Part shown: positions 15,701-30,700 of the stretch, piece after piece
Position numbering within the stretch: position 1 is the first letter of the stretch
Layout: each line of letters begins with the position of its first letter
Assembly: GCF_026571515.1 (NCBI RefSeq)
Contig: NW_026857787.1
Location: 62,001 to 126,000, forward strand
Length of the DNA: 64,000 nt
Source of the DNA: Ruditapes philippinarum
Lineage: Eukaryota
Direction: 5' to 3'
Program-made: the position numbers and the translations under genes
Notes under the pieces: generated by a model
What the model was told of the DNA's origin: nothing
Seen by the model: the letters and a program-made list of their open reading frames with translations, nothing else
Databases searched by the model: none

Positions 15701-18700
15701 TTATTATAGTGACCATGCCTTTGGCGATAATTCCTTTTTCGGACACTACTTTCCGTGATTTATGTGTTTCCAAACAATAATTGTTCTTTGATAATATAAA
15801 AAATGCTGATGATGGATAAATAAGTTTATGCTTATAGAAAAAGACAACATCTAGACACATCTTAGCCTGATGGAGGGGATGGGGAATGGGAGCATTTGAC
15901 TGCTTTACACGACAGGTCCTGTTGTATTGTTCAGTTTTCTTATATGCCACATTTCACTGTCTTTAGATTGTGGAAATTTAACATCACCACCAAATGGCAA
16001 AGTCACGTTGAACAGTACATTATTTAAATCGAATGGCACATATTCGTGTAACAATGGATATAATGTGTTTGGAAATGTTACCGTTACGTGTCAGGCGACT
16101 GGATTCTGGAGTGACAATACCACAGTTTGTCAGATTAAAGGTAATGTACATTCAATATCTATAAACTTAATCATCGGTGATGAATGTTGATTGTCTTGCT
16201 AAATTATCATTAATACAATTACATTCTTTACAAACGGACATCGTTATCTTGAGCTAAATGTCTTTTGTTGTATGGCTTAACATCCGTAATTTAGAATGTC
16301 AAGTGGAGTGCGGATTGTCTTGCCCAACATTACTTTTGTTGAGATTGTATTGGAAACTAATGTATATCGAATGTTAAGCTAAATGTCGATTGTCAAGCTC
16401 AACATTCCTTTTGAAATTGAATTGAAAACTAAAACGAATATCAAATATTGAGCTGATTATTTATTACCAAGCATGACTTTAGATGCCGCCTGTTGATTGC
16501 CTTGTCATGTTATTCAACATAATGGCAGCTTTTGGATACCTTTTGAATTCAAATTTATTGTTTCGGCATACATCAGTTTTTTACTGTACATACTTTGTCA
16601 AAAATCTATTTGTGATGATATATTTGCAAATGGTCAAATATGTTTACAGATTGCGGACACCTTGCAGCACCAGCAAACGGCACCATAACATTTTCTAAAA
16701 ACACCACAGTGTACGGTTCAAACGCTACATTCACATGTGATGCCGGCTATAACCTGACAGGATCGAACACAATAAATTGCATGGCATCAGGACACTGGAG
16801 TGACAATAAAACATATTGCAAAATTAAAGGTTTGACACGTGACTGATTGGTCACATGTTAAATTAAACTAGATAAAAGTTTGCCTAAACGTATTTGTATT
16901 TTTTCATATCGAAAGAATAATTTCACTGATTTCATTAATTTTCAAATGCAAAATATCTTGTTCTTTTTTTTTCAAGCCCCTTTTATTATCTGTGTCATTT
17001 TAATATAGAAATTTGGCCGCGACTCCAAACGGACTTGACGTGAAGTGACACGCTATACTGAAATAAGAAAAAAAAGAATATATGGTCATTTAGTCTTGAG
17101 GTACTTTTTCAGAGTTAAAGTTCCGTTTTTTACGTTGTTGTATTTTATTCAAATTGATATTTTTACTGTTTCAAGATTGTGGAGACCCAGAACAACTAGG
17201 CAACGGTACTGTTGACCTTTCAGATGGAACAATGTTTGGAGCATCAGCCTTATATAAATGTAATCCCGGATATACATTACATGGGGATAACTCTACCACA
17301 TGTCAAGCAGATGGCACTTGGCATGACATTGAACAGAACTGTACATTAAATAGTAAGAACAATTAAGTGAATTTACGTAATATTATTATAAAATGTGATC
17401 AGTCAACTACCGCTATTTTCACCACGTAATGTGGAAAAAAATCTTCTTTTTTTTAATCCAGTCTTATCAATTTAGCTTCAACTTCTTGTCTCCAGTTTAG
17501 TCCAAAAAAACGAATCAAATAGATATTGCACTCCTTCATTTTCATTTTCCGAGTCCATAGAAAAAGAAAAAAGAAGAAGAAAAAAAAGAAAAAAAAAGGT
17601 TTTTCATATTACACATTTTCTACATCGATTCAGTTTCAGTGTCTAAATGTTCAATGTCAAATAAATTTATACTAAAAGTAATCAGAGTTTTTTGATTATA
17701 TAGATACAAAACACTGTTAATTATGTGTTTTTCTTTAATTTATTGTGTTTTTAACAAATTAGTAAATTAGTCTGATATCATTAATCATGCAATAAAACAG
17801 ATAATTATGTTGATTTATGTGATAAAGTCTATAGACATATATCCTCTGCTGCAGTAATCCAATATTGTTATACATCTATCAAATATGCTCCATCATCTTA
17901 GAAAATAACATATGAGCCGCGTCAAGACAAAACCAACATAATGGCTTTACGACCAGCATGGATCCAGACCAGCCTGCGCATCCACGCAGTCTGATCAGGA
18001 TCCATGCTGTTCGCTTACAAACCCTATTACAAGTAGAGAAACTGATAGCGAACAGCATGGATCTTGATCAGACTGCGTGGATGCACAGGCTGGGCTTGAC
18101 CCATGCTAGTCACAAATGCACTATGTTGGTTTTGTCGTGACACGGCTCATATGTCTTTCTTGTAAAAACAACAACGCTAAATGGGTCAAATTTTTCTTTA
18201 TGTGTGTATTTGAAGCATGCACTAAGTCAGCGAATTATACCAACATTACCAATGGCAAAGCAAACGTCACAACGTCTCGGGCGTCTTATCAGTGTGACAT
18301 AGGATTCACCTTACATGGTAACAGCAGTTTGTATTGTTTGCTGAATGGTACATGGAACACAAAGCCACCGACATGCCGAATCACAGGTTCGTTATCTTTT
18401 GATTTTCACTTTTATAAACTAAAACATATATACTAATATTATTATCTTTCCCATACCATGCACGTAAAATATCTTAAAAGAACCTGTCCATACTCCAATT
18501 TTGCAAAACAAATACTGACTGAATAGTGAACAAAGCAAACCATGATTAGACCGTAGAATTCTGCCGTTCGTCTTAGTCTGCAAGTTTCTCATTTGCATAT
18601 CCATTTGCCTCCAAAAGGTTAAGGGGCTACTGAAACGAGCGTATGATTAATTATTATTTATAAGAATCCATTATAATGGATACCTTTTTTTAACAAGAAT

Positions 18701-21700
18701 AATTCCCGTCTTATACAGTTTTGAAGGATACTTGTATAATCATTATATCAGACTGCAGAAAGAGACTAGATTTACAGAGATCGTATGTTTTGCATTCTCA
18801 ACTGGTCTACATCCTCCTATACAATACATTTTCGTATACAATACATCCTCGTCTACAATATATTTTCGTCTGCTCTGCATTCTGGTCTGCTTTATATTTT
18901 TGACTGCATAGAGGATATTTGTTTGTATTGCATGTAAGATTGAAATATAATTTCACTGAGTGAACACCAGATGCAATATTTTCACGAGTGGCGTAGCCTC
19001 GAGTGAAAATATAATAGCTGGTGTTCACGAATGAAATATATTTCAATCTTATATGTAAAAGAAATAAATTTTCTTTTTATTTCATGCTTTTTAAGTGATT
19101 TTAAGTATTTTTTACTGATTTTGCCGCGTAACGTCGCGCATTCTCCTTTGTGACGTCATCACATCATGACGTCTCATCATCAATTTTGAAATATAGTTCT
19201 GTTAGATTTCTCTGAATTTTGTTACATTTTAACCATGATTTATGATGACATCGACTTTCTTTTCCTAAAGAAGCAAATTTATTTATTTATCTGTTATTCC
19301 ATTTAGTTATGATTTTCTTTTCATCCGCATTCAGATATTGTCCGGCTACAGTGAAAATTATATATTTATAAATTCCACTAGTGGTTTATCAGAATATAAT
19401 CATCTGATATATTACAATAAAACACTGGAAAGCATGAAATAAACTGCAATCTCATCTACACTACATCCTCATCTACAATACATTTCGTCTACTCCACATT
19501 CTAGTCTGCACTACACTTTTGTCTTCTCTACATTCTTGTCTTCTCTTAACGCTCATCGCTCTACGTGATCAGATGTCGTATCAATGGTCTGTCAATTTAA
19601 CTCCACGCGATTCTGTAAAGTTCCAAAAGTAAATAACTACTTCAAAGGTAATTATAACGAGCAAACAGATATCAAATATAATTCTGTATGCCATACGTAT
19701 TTTATTCCAATAGATTGTGGCAATCTGACAAAACCAGATAATGGAAATGTAACATTCGTAAACACGACATATAATTCTATTGCAACATTTACATGCAACG
19801 ATGGTTATAGCTTAACTAAGAATGGATCATCGGTATGTAATGCTTCTGGCTATTGGAACAGTATTCCAAAATGCAATATCAAAGGTAAGTGTCGGTTATA
19901 TTTAAAAATGTTTTCTTTCAAGTAAATTAAATTGCATGAAATTATTATGATAGAAGTTTCGGCTCGGCTTGTTGGTTAAAGTAAAGGATCATTCTACTGT
20001 TACGTTTGAAAATGTTGGAACACTTAATCGACGGGTGAAATATTATTCAGGACAAAACAAATGCCGGCTGTAAATGAATTGTTGTTTATGAAATTCTAAT
20101 ATAGACAAAAATGTTACAAAAAAGAACTATTAAACGGTAAGTATACTTAATAATCCAATGTACCTGATGACTTTTGTACATTAAGTGGTTAAGTTAGCGA
20201 CGCTGAAATTTCTCGAATTGGTGAAAATCGCTTAAATTTCCACTTGCGTAAATATCAACTAACTTGTCATTAAATTTTACCCCGGGCGAAACTTCTTGGA
20301 CTTTTCAATTCGCTAACTTATCGACAGGCGGAAATATACACTTAAGTCGTTCTGCAAATGTAACATATAAAAGGGTGAGTTTATTGTATGAGTTCTCAAG
20401 TCGATCCCTAGCAAATTATATAGTTTTGATGAAATTTAAAGATCTATTTCTTATATAATTCTTTTAAACACATTATCAATACGAATGAGTATTAGACGAC
20501 ATAAATAATATGTCGACTGGCGGCTGCTCATTTCTTGTTGTTACTTTTTTCAGACTGTAGAAATATTACCGACCCTACAAATGGTACTGTTGACCAAAGC
20601 AACGGAACAACATACTTATCCGTATCAACATACAGCTGTGATGTTGGATATACCTTAAATGGTAGTAACATAACAACTTGCACTAAAAACGGGACTTGGG
20701 ATTACCCCCACGTACAATGCAAAATAAATGGTATAAAACAGATTTATTTCTTGGTAGTATTTCTGTTTATTCAGTTTTATGTAGTCTATGTTCCAGTCAA
20801 CAATACATCACGTTCAGCAGTACCAAAATTGATGTTTACTTAACAATTTAATTTGCTGTTCACATTTTTATTTTTTTTTGCATTCAAGTTGGTATCAATG
20901 ATCTGGTTAAAACTCCACACACTAATTTGTAATAATAATAGGAGGCAACTGTCCAAGACCCATAACTCAAACATAGATTTCTTTTACAGAATTATTTTCG
21001 CTTTCTGCACTTATAAAATTCCATAATATTCAGGCTTTTGTTTTACTATCAAACATAGAAAATAGTCAAGCACGCTATCCTACTGACAGCTCTTGTTAAT
21101 TTTAGATTGCAAAAACCTTTCAAATATTTCGAACGGAAATGTTTCTCTACTCAATGGTGCAACAACGTATGAATCGGTTGCGATTTACACATGTAACGAA
21201 GGCTATTATACCAACACCTCAACGACAAGAATATGTCAGGCGAACGCAACGTGGAGCGGGTCTGCTCCTAATTGTTCGATAAAAGGTATGTAACCATGCT
21301 TGCTAAAGCCCGTCTCACACAAAACACGGTTGGGCTCACGGTTCCCATACGGTATACTCGGTTATACACGGATTGACTGGTACGAGTATTTAGCTCCATC
21401 CGTGCCTGGGGACGAGTTAGACTCGAATATAGCACGAGCATGTACGTATATAGCACGGATATACTTGGTCAAACAAGGTTTGAACACGATTTGCATACGA
21501 TTACATACGATTGTTGCACGTCTCCAAGTACAGCTTGGTACGATTAAACACGATTTTTTCTCGATTTACTCGACTTTCACAGGGTTAACATAGGGTTCCG
21601 CCGTCTTTTGTTCGAGTTATGCTCGAACTATCACATATTCGTGTGTTTTGATATGAATTGACCCATTCTGATGTCTTGGCTTCATAAAATTTCAAACTTT

Positions 21701-24700
21701 CAAAGAAGAACACCTATGAATATATATGTGAATATTGGTTATATAAAACATTGCCAGATGCAACAGATAACAGGATAAGGTTATTAGAAATCATGGTAAG
21801 ACTTATAGACATTGGAGGGTCCCCCTGCTCACCAGGTTCGGCAGGGTCAGAAGGTTGGAGTGGTCGGTGATCCTGGATGGCCCTTCTTGCATTCCTTCTG
21901 TGCGTGGGAACTTTCTTCTTTGGACACATTCTAGTATGATGCAGCAAGTACTCTGGGTAGATCTAGCAATTGAGGGTGTTAGCAGGTAGTTGTGGTTTTC
22001 GTTGTACAGTTCATGGTGATGTAGAGGCCGTGTAAGACCGTACGAGGCTGTGTGAGACCGTGTTTACCCGAACTATACCGTGTCTGCCATGTAAGATTCG
22101 TACTTGAACCATATCGGTCGTATAGCGATCGTATGAAACCGTATGTGCACTGGTGTGAATCGTTCAGTGATCGTGTGACATTCGGATGTTAATGTGTTGG
22201 ATGTAGGACTTGGGGACGGTCTTGAACGATTCTATACGCTTTATATACGATCTTGGCACGATTGGGCTCACTCGTGGAGTGGACTTCACATACGATTGTA
22301 TATACGGTCTCAAACGGTCTCACACGGTCTCTTACGGTCTTGTACGGTCGTTAATACGATCATACACGGAAATTGCATCCGTACCAGTTTTTTAAAAGTT
22401 AAAAAAAATACACGGCTTGCACGGATACACTCGAATGGCCCGAGTGTAACACGGTTAAACTCACGGTTAGTTCGGTTGAATGTACGGTTTACACGGGTGG
22501 CTAACCGTATAAACCGTGTGTTCTGTGTGAGATGGGCTTAAGGGAGAGATTTGCAAAAGATCATAAAATATGCTCGGAATTGAAATGAAAATGGTATTTT
22601 TGTGCCATTCTATACCCAGTCGAGTTAAAAGCGTGGCAATGCTTTTCAAAGGTTGGTCATTATTTCACAATTAGAATTATCATACTGGAAAAAAGGAGTG
22701 AGCGAATGGTCTGGACTTTTGCAAACAAGTTATTGGTCTAGACCTACATCAAATGGAAAATTAATCTCGAAAAATCATTTCCATGTCCCCTAATGTTAAA
22801 AAAAACCCTCAGTGTCGAGACACTTTAAAACTTACGGAATATTCATTATTGTTCTATCTGAAAGATATTCTTATGCACTTCTTATGATATTAAAAAAATA
22901 ACAAAAACTAAACAATTTCTTTCCTTTTACAAAATTCTATATCTTTTTATTTGTACTATTTAAAATACATGGTAGTTTTGATCAAAAACTTTCATAAAAA
23001 TATATTTTCATATCGTAAGAAATTTATTTCAGTACCTGTTGTTTAAAAGTTTCTGGTAATTTTTAAACTGTAATTGTAGTAACAGCATTATCTCTGTGCT
23101 TCAAACTACAACAATTTGTTTTCTTAATGTTCCGAAAGCTCATCTCTCTTTTCACATAACTTTTACATTCTGTTTACATGTATTTGTTAAGTTTATTGAG
23201 TTTTCTCCCTGAAACGGCCGTGGTATTCTGTAACAGAAAAAAAGTTTAGTATGTAATCATTTTAGTGTATTTATGCTCGTATTTCTGTTGCTCATATTTG
23301 CTCCACCATCTGAAAAATTTGCCTGCATCTTTTTGAAGTTATGGTAGAACACAGTAGTCTCCTCGTTTAAAAGGCTTCCCTGGTCGTTTTACATGCCCTA
23401 TATAGAACACCGATAACACGGGTTTTAAGTTTCGGTAAAGAGTTATCTTTCTTAATAGTCAATGGCGTTTTATGGACTCTTTATAGACGCTGACGACCTA
23501 AAAAAGACTTTCTGTTTATGGTTACATTCTTGTTATACAAAGACATCTGCATTTACATGAAATTTTGATATAGGAGGTTCCCTTTTAATTCACAATCTTA
23601 AATTAACATTGAAAATTCAACAGTCATTCCCGTTAATGATTCTTTTTTGTTAGTTTATTAGTTTTTTTTTGGTTTTTTTAAATTTACTAATTTATGTATT
23701 TATTTTGTGAAAAACGTGTACAGTAATTCATAAATTGATAGCAGCCGTAAATATAGTTCATATAATCGTCACAAGTATCCAATGAAATGCACCGTTACAA
23801 AACGTGCAGTAGAATAAATATGAGTGTACGTGTTTTACAGATTGCGCCAAATTGAAAGATCCTGCACACGGTAAAGTTAACCTTACAAATGGGACTGAAT
23901 ATCAGTCCGTGGCAAGGTACACATGCGACATAGGCTATACGCTGTATGGTGATAATGCAGCACGTTGTCAATCATCAGGAAATTGGACGGAACATTACCT
24001 AAATTGCACAATAAATGGTATTTGATTTGTTTTAATCTTTGTAATATCTAACTGTCCTTTTTATGCATGCATGTTTTCTATGTGTTCTTAAAATATCTTA
24101 AATATTTATTTGGTTAAATTGACGATGGATACTTTGCGTTTTTTTTTCAAAAGTTGATAGGTCTGCAATTGGCACATTTTCCATAAGTTTTTCAAATATT
24201 GATAAAAGCAAAATAAATGTATAATTTGGATATTCTAACAAAATATTATTTAAAAAATTTTGATCAAATTCTAAGTTATTTAAAATAAGCATTTATATGA
24301 TGTATTACAATATTTGTTCTTGAACATGTTAATTAATTGAATATATACTAAGGTTATATCGCATCATGTATTTCACATTTGCTAAAAGCATACATATATA
24401 ATTCCTTCTTTGATACTAAATGCTATTTACATAGTTATTTATTGTATACCTTCCATTGTAGACCAATTCAGTTTGACTTTGATTATGAGATACATGCAAT
24501 ACCTTGTTTCTTTTATACAGTATAGTACATGTTTTATACATGTATAATGATTTTGATCAAGATAATTTCTAAGACATAAGATGATAATTTGAACCAATCT
24601 GAGTTCTTCCTTTAGATATTTTCTGACATTTCTTTTCTATAATTTAAAATGCAGTGGCTTACTTCTAACCTCAATTTATGATAATAGTTAAAAAGAGTGT

Positions 24701-27700
24701 TGACAGGTGATATGACTCCATTTTAATACAAAAATATAACCTCTCAGAAATATATAAATAACGAATAAGTAATGAAACAAGCATCTTTTTTTTAATTTGA
24801 GAAAAAAGTGTGATTTATTGATAAACTGACAGTAACAAAACTATATAAACATCAACATTATTATTATAACTTTATTATATATAAAAACAACCTAAATAAT
24901 TTTTCAAGAAAGATCTGAAACTTTACAGATTGTGGCCAGCCTGCAGGTCCCACTTATGGAAACATAACAACAGATAATGGTACAACTTTCCAATCCGTTG
25001 CCATATACAGTTGCTATGTCGGCTACGATTTGATTGGTACTAACACAACAAAATGTCAGGCAAACAAAACATGGAGTTTACGTTTACCAAGATGTGACAT
25101 CAGAAGTTAGTTAAAATTCATAGTTATCTTCTTCGTACACACATATAATGTTTTCCTTAGTCAGTAAAGATGTTCCCATATATATTTAATTTATATTATT
25201 TTTATTATAATATTTATGTTCTGTTCATTTATTAAAAATGTGTTCAATTTTCTTAAAAACGCCCGTCAACTTGGCATGTACTTTAACGTATAATTCATTT
25301 TTTGTGTTTCTATAATGATTATCATAGGTTTAGGTAATATCAGCGGGTCGTTAAGTGACGTCACGTAATGTTACGCTGGAAATAAATCAGTGATGTATGA
25401 TAATATCGTGGGCTGTTACACAATTAGTTGCTAATACACCATTGTTTGTTGTTACATATTGATTGCTGTTACACCATTTGTTGCTGTTACATTTGTGTAA
25501 ATATCATTCTTGACCGTTTTCTAAGATTGTAGTCATCCGGATAATCCCGCTAATGGTACAGTTGATACGAGCAATGGAATAGTGTACATGTCAAATATAA
25601 CATACAGCTGTAATCCAGGGTATAACCTACAAGGAAATAACACCGCATTTTGCCTAGCTAACAAAACCTGGAGTTCGAAAAGACCGTCGTGCAATATAAA
25701 AAGTGAGTTCTTATTGAAGAAAATATGACACTTTTGTTGTTAAAAAGAATTATGATAGAAATGAAATATAATGATCATAATTAGCAATAGTCTTGGCCTT
25801 ATTATATTTTCTTTCTTAAACAATGCCTTCTAATAATTTTATGACATCCTGTCATATAAATTCAGTGTGTGGTTATCAAAAACCTAATCATAGTGTGAAG
25901 AGTGTTGAACTTAGAGGCCTTTCCACGCCTTTATTAACATAATTAAGTTTCATGTGTGATCTGGGATATGTGATATGTGTAAAGCAGAGGGATATGTAAT
26001 CGGTAGCAGAGATATATTTAGCCCAAATGGTATGTGGCCGAGAGATATGTGGAAGGTATATTTCAGAGTGATGTGTGATCGGCATATTGCGCAGTGATTT
26101 GTAATCGGTATATGACAAAGTGATATGTGATTGGCATGTAGTAGAATTGTGTGTGATCATAATACGATAGAGTGTTGTGTGATCGGCATGTAGCAGAAGT
26201 ATGGGTGATTGGCATATGTCAGAGTGATGTATGATCGGCATTTAGCAGAATGACGTGTGATTATAATATGATAGAGTGTTGTGGGATCGGCATGTAGCAG
26301 AATAATGTGTAATCATAATATGGTAGAGTGATGTGTGCTCGGCATGTAGCAGAATGACGTGTGATCATAATATGATAGAGTAGTGTGCGATCGGCATTAA
26401 GCAAGGTGATGTGTGATTACAATATGATAGAGTGTTGTGGGATCGGCATGTAGCAGATGTATGTGTGATTGGCATATGTCTGAGTGATGTATGGTCGGCA
26501 CATGGAATAGTGATATGTGATCGGTATATCGAACTGATATTTTATATATTATCGACCTATTGCAGAGTGTCATGAGAATGGCATATAGAAGAATAACATG
26601 CCCGACATATAGCAGCCTGATGTATGATCAGTATATTATAAAGTTTTTGTGATCGGCATATATCAGAGTGATAGATTATCATTGGCATATTACAGATTAG
26701 TGGTGTATGATCGGTATATTGTAGTGTGCGGCATACAGCAGAGTGATGTATTATAGGCATATTGCAGAGTTATGTATGATCGATATATTGTAGAGTGATG
26801 TTTGGTCGGCATTTTGTAGAGTGATATATGATCGGCATTTGCAGAGTAATGTGTGATCGGTATATTGTAGAGTGATGTGTGATTTGCATATAACAGAGTG
26901 ATGTATGATCGGCAATTGGCAGAGTGATGTGTGATCAGCATTTTGCAGAGTGATGGAGTATAGCAGAAATATATGTGATCTGTATATGGCTGAGAAATAC
27001 ATGATGATTGATTATGTATCAAATATTCGTATTTCTTATTTTTCAGCATGTGACAGGCTTGATAACCCTACCAATGGTTATATAAATCCTGCACCGGGCC
27101 ACACAATGAATTATAATGATAATGCTACATATACGTGCAATACAGGATACCGCATACAAGGTGTCGACTTTGTCACGTGCACCGCAAGTGGTAACTGGAG
27201 TAGTCCTCCCCCAGTATGTAAAGGTATATATATATGTTTGACAACCAGAAGTACTTAGTTAATGCATTTATGATACGAATGCTTCGGCCTCTAAATCTGG
27301 AAAAATAAAGCGCAGCCATGTTTTAATGGTAAGTTATTATAGTATACTTAACCACCGCGGAAACAATTAAGTAACGTGTAAATATTTGGATCAAGCGATT
27401 TGTCAGACACAGCTGAGCATGCCCAATTATACATTACATCATGCAAACATATAATTTTACGTGATTATTGTTTATTACTTATGAAAAATATTTTTACTCT
27501 TCCGTCTTTCAAATTAATTCAAGAAACTGTCCAAAGCGATAGTGAAATTATCTATGGGAACCGTGCTATAACATGTACTTGTAATTTGAAAAAAATAGCG
27601 TTATGATGAAGCTTGTGAGATACCATAGCCATTAGGAAGGTTCTGGTTTCTGTAGCCAAATATTTCCCTATTTTTAACTTGTGAAATTTTTTTGGTAGTG

Positions 27701-30700
27701 GTAGTTCTGTCCAAATAAACATCGAAATGAAACTTGTATAATCACTGAAACATAAAGACGCCAAATCATGTCTGTTCTAAATAAGAAATGTATTCAAACT
27801 ATTACTAATACTTTTTTTCAAAGTTTGGCGGACAACTTTTTTTTTGAATAACCTCCATTGGCGTATTACATTTAATACTTCCCTTTGATAAACATCAAAT
27901 TATTAATGTACTAATGTGCTCGGGTAAAATCTAAAGAATTGCTTTTATTGTATTTACGTTAACCGTACTAAAAACCAAAAGGCAACGGATGCAAAAGATG
28001 TTTCAGGTAATTTGCCATTGAGTAAGTTACTTTTTTGAAAATATATCAGAACACGAAAAGTAAAATTTTCAAACATAACAATTAAAGCATTTATGGCGCA
28101 TAGTGGTTCTTTATTATTCGGGATTTAACCCGCTGCAGTGTTAGAGCAGTACCTATAGACGATTGCAGAAATCATGATCACAAAGTTGAAAATACAGCTT
28201 TCTTCACCAAATCCATTATCGTATATAAATCGGTGTGAAGAGATGAATTGGACGTTTTAAGTTCATTCCGTTTGGTGAAAAGGCAATATTTTTGCATTTA
28301 ATCATGTAAGCGCCTTGTCCGGTGTATACAGACATACGATATTTAGTGTCGTGTTCTAATCTTTTTTAAGTCTTACACTAATATTTGTACTATTGTTATC
28401 CTCGAAAGACATAGATGAGTGTGCCGAATACCACACAGATTGCGACTTGTATGCTTCATGCACAAATAGCAAAGGATCTTACAGCTGTAATTGTCAAAAA
28501 GGGTTCAGAGACCTCTCGAATGGGAGGGGACAAAAATGTCAAGGTAAAGATTTTTTTTCCTTAAGCCAAAATGCAAATGTCGAATATTATCTTAAATAAC
28601 AATGACCATGAATTTTATATGGCGGTTGCATATCCTGTATTCTTAATTACCAATACAAATTGCATGTTTCATAAATTTGCTTTTTATCATGTTCTTGGCA
28701 GCATGCCAAGCCAACTTATTTAGAAAGTAATCATAAAAAACAAGTTTGTCTAATAATGAAGTTAAATACAAATAATGAAGAGTTTAAGGTGAATTGTAAA
28801 GAAAGAAAGAAAAGAAAGAATACATTTAAATACGCTTTTTATTCACTTCAAAGTACTGGTTAGCTGATTTACACATTTTTTTAACGGGCGTCTTAAAATA
28901 CAACACAGACAATTAAGGCACATAAAGAGTTCTAATATCCACCACTCTGCCAATAGTAGTTTTATGGTTACACTTGTACAAGGTTGTTATATCTTGCACA
29001 TGTAGTTGACGTGTCCTTTACTGCTGAAAAAGGCTTAACACCTTCACTTTCAGCAATGTAGGTTTAACTATTTGTCATTTTCACAACAGTAAATGTTGGC
29101 TTTTATAATTATACATGTACTAACGTTTCCTGATTTTAATATACTTTATTTATTGTCAATTGAAACATATAGTATACCCTACCCCGATCGTTTTTCTGGT
29201 GCCTCCTTAAACTCTGGTTACCGTAATATTACTAGTTTACTTTTCGTAATTGAGCACGTTTATCTGTTGTTATTCATATTAATACCGATTCATGTATAAC
29301 TAGGCAACGTCAAAAACAAATCTTAAAAAGAAAATTGAGACCACCTTGGTAATATTGTAACAGTTGTGAAAATAAAAACGATTGCATATTGATTGCATTG
29401 ACTGGTTTGTCATAAAATGTTCATTTGAAAACACAGTTGAAAACTGTTACTGGAATATTCACGATTTCGATAAATTAAAATGAAAATGAATAGTTATTGT
29501 GGCCATTTCAATTTCTGATGTGTATGTAACAAGCGTTTTATCGGTGCTTTAAGTCCTTTGATTTTCTACGTATATTTGTCCGTAGATGTATTCATAAAAC
29601 GAAATGCTACATAACAATTTTATCGTAATTGTTTATAAACAGAGACCATTATAGACCCCAAATAATATTTGTTTTGACATATGATATACAATATCTATAC
29701 AGATAATATATATACAAATAATATTCGTTTTGACATATGATATACAATATCTATACAGATATAGACGAATGTTCCAATTCTAGTACAAACTTCTGTAACA
29801 AGAATGGTTCTCGGTGCATCAATTATATGGGCGGCTTCATTTGCATGTGTTTTCAAGGATGGACAGGTGGAAACTGCACAGAAGGTAAATAAATATAGAT
29901 GATTCGAAATATATAATTTTCTTTGATTTTCATCAGACATACTTTATCATGTACATAGTTTGGCCTTAAATGTTTTTGTCATGTTTTTGTTCAAGGTTAT
30001 ACTATAATAAATATCTGATAAATATTAATTTCTCGGAATCATTTAAATCAGCAAAACTACATGAAAATTGCAGAATCGGTTTGATTGAGTCTGTACATAA
30101 GGGATAATGAATAAGTCACTGTTTCTGCTATTGTTTGTTGTTGCTGTTGTTGTTTTTTAGATACTGATGAATGTGCTGATAGTACAACGTGCGGTCCGCA
30201 TGCTAAATGTACAAATTCACCCGGAAGTTACAACTGCACGTGCGACGTAGAATATTCGCAAGGAGATCCTAAAGTACACTGTTACAGTAAGACTAAGTTT
30301 ACGATTCATTATTACATGTACTTGCATAATATGTTGTTTAATGTTAAATGATTGGTCCTACCTCAGATATAACTTTTAATCATTTCCTTAGACAAGTATT
30401 TATTTTAACTACGAAAAGATACAATCGTATGTAAGAATCTCAACCAATTTTTGATCTTATTGTTGTGAAGTGGATGATTAAGAAACGCACAGATGTTTCA
30501 CATTTTATAACTCATACATAAGTGTATATCTGCTCTGGTCAAATACCAAATTCGAACTCCCTAGACAGGCCTTTTCGACCAGTATTCATGAAATTCGTAT
30601 AATCTAGCCGACTCCCAAATACATTATCTATCATTTTTTACATTTGTCCATGTTGTTTTCGTATAGTGTAATATAATATGTCAGGCTAAGAGTTCACATT

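Noticed and set aside
21300-22649. Several ORFs within the Harbinger-like element as a transposase
   Set aside because: No DDE motifs; they are chance ORFs in GC-richer repeat sequence.
25888-27049. His/Ile-rich minus-strand ORFs
   Set aside because: They are translations of the 26-27 bp minisatellite.
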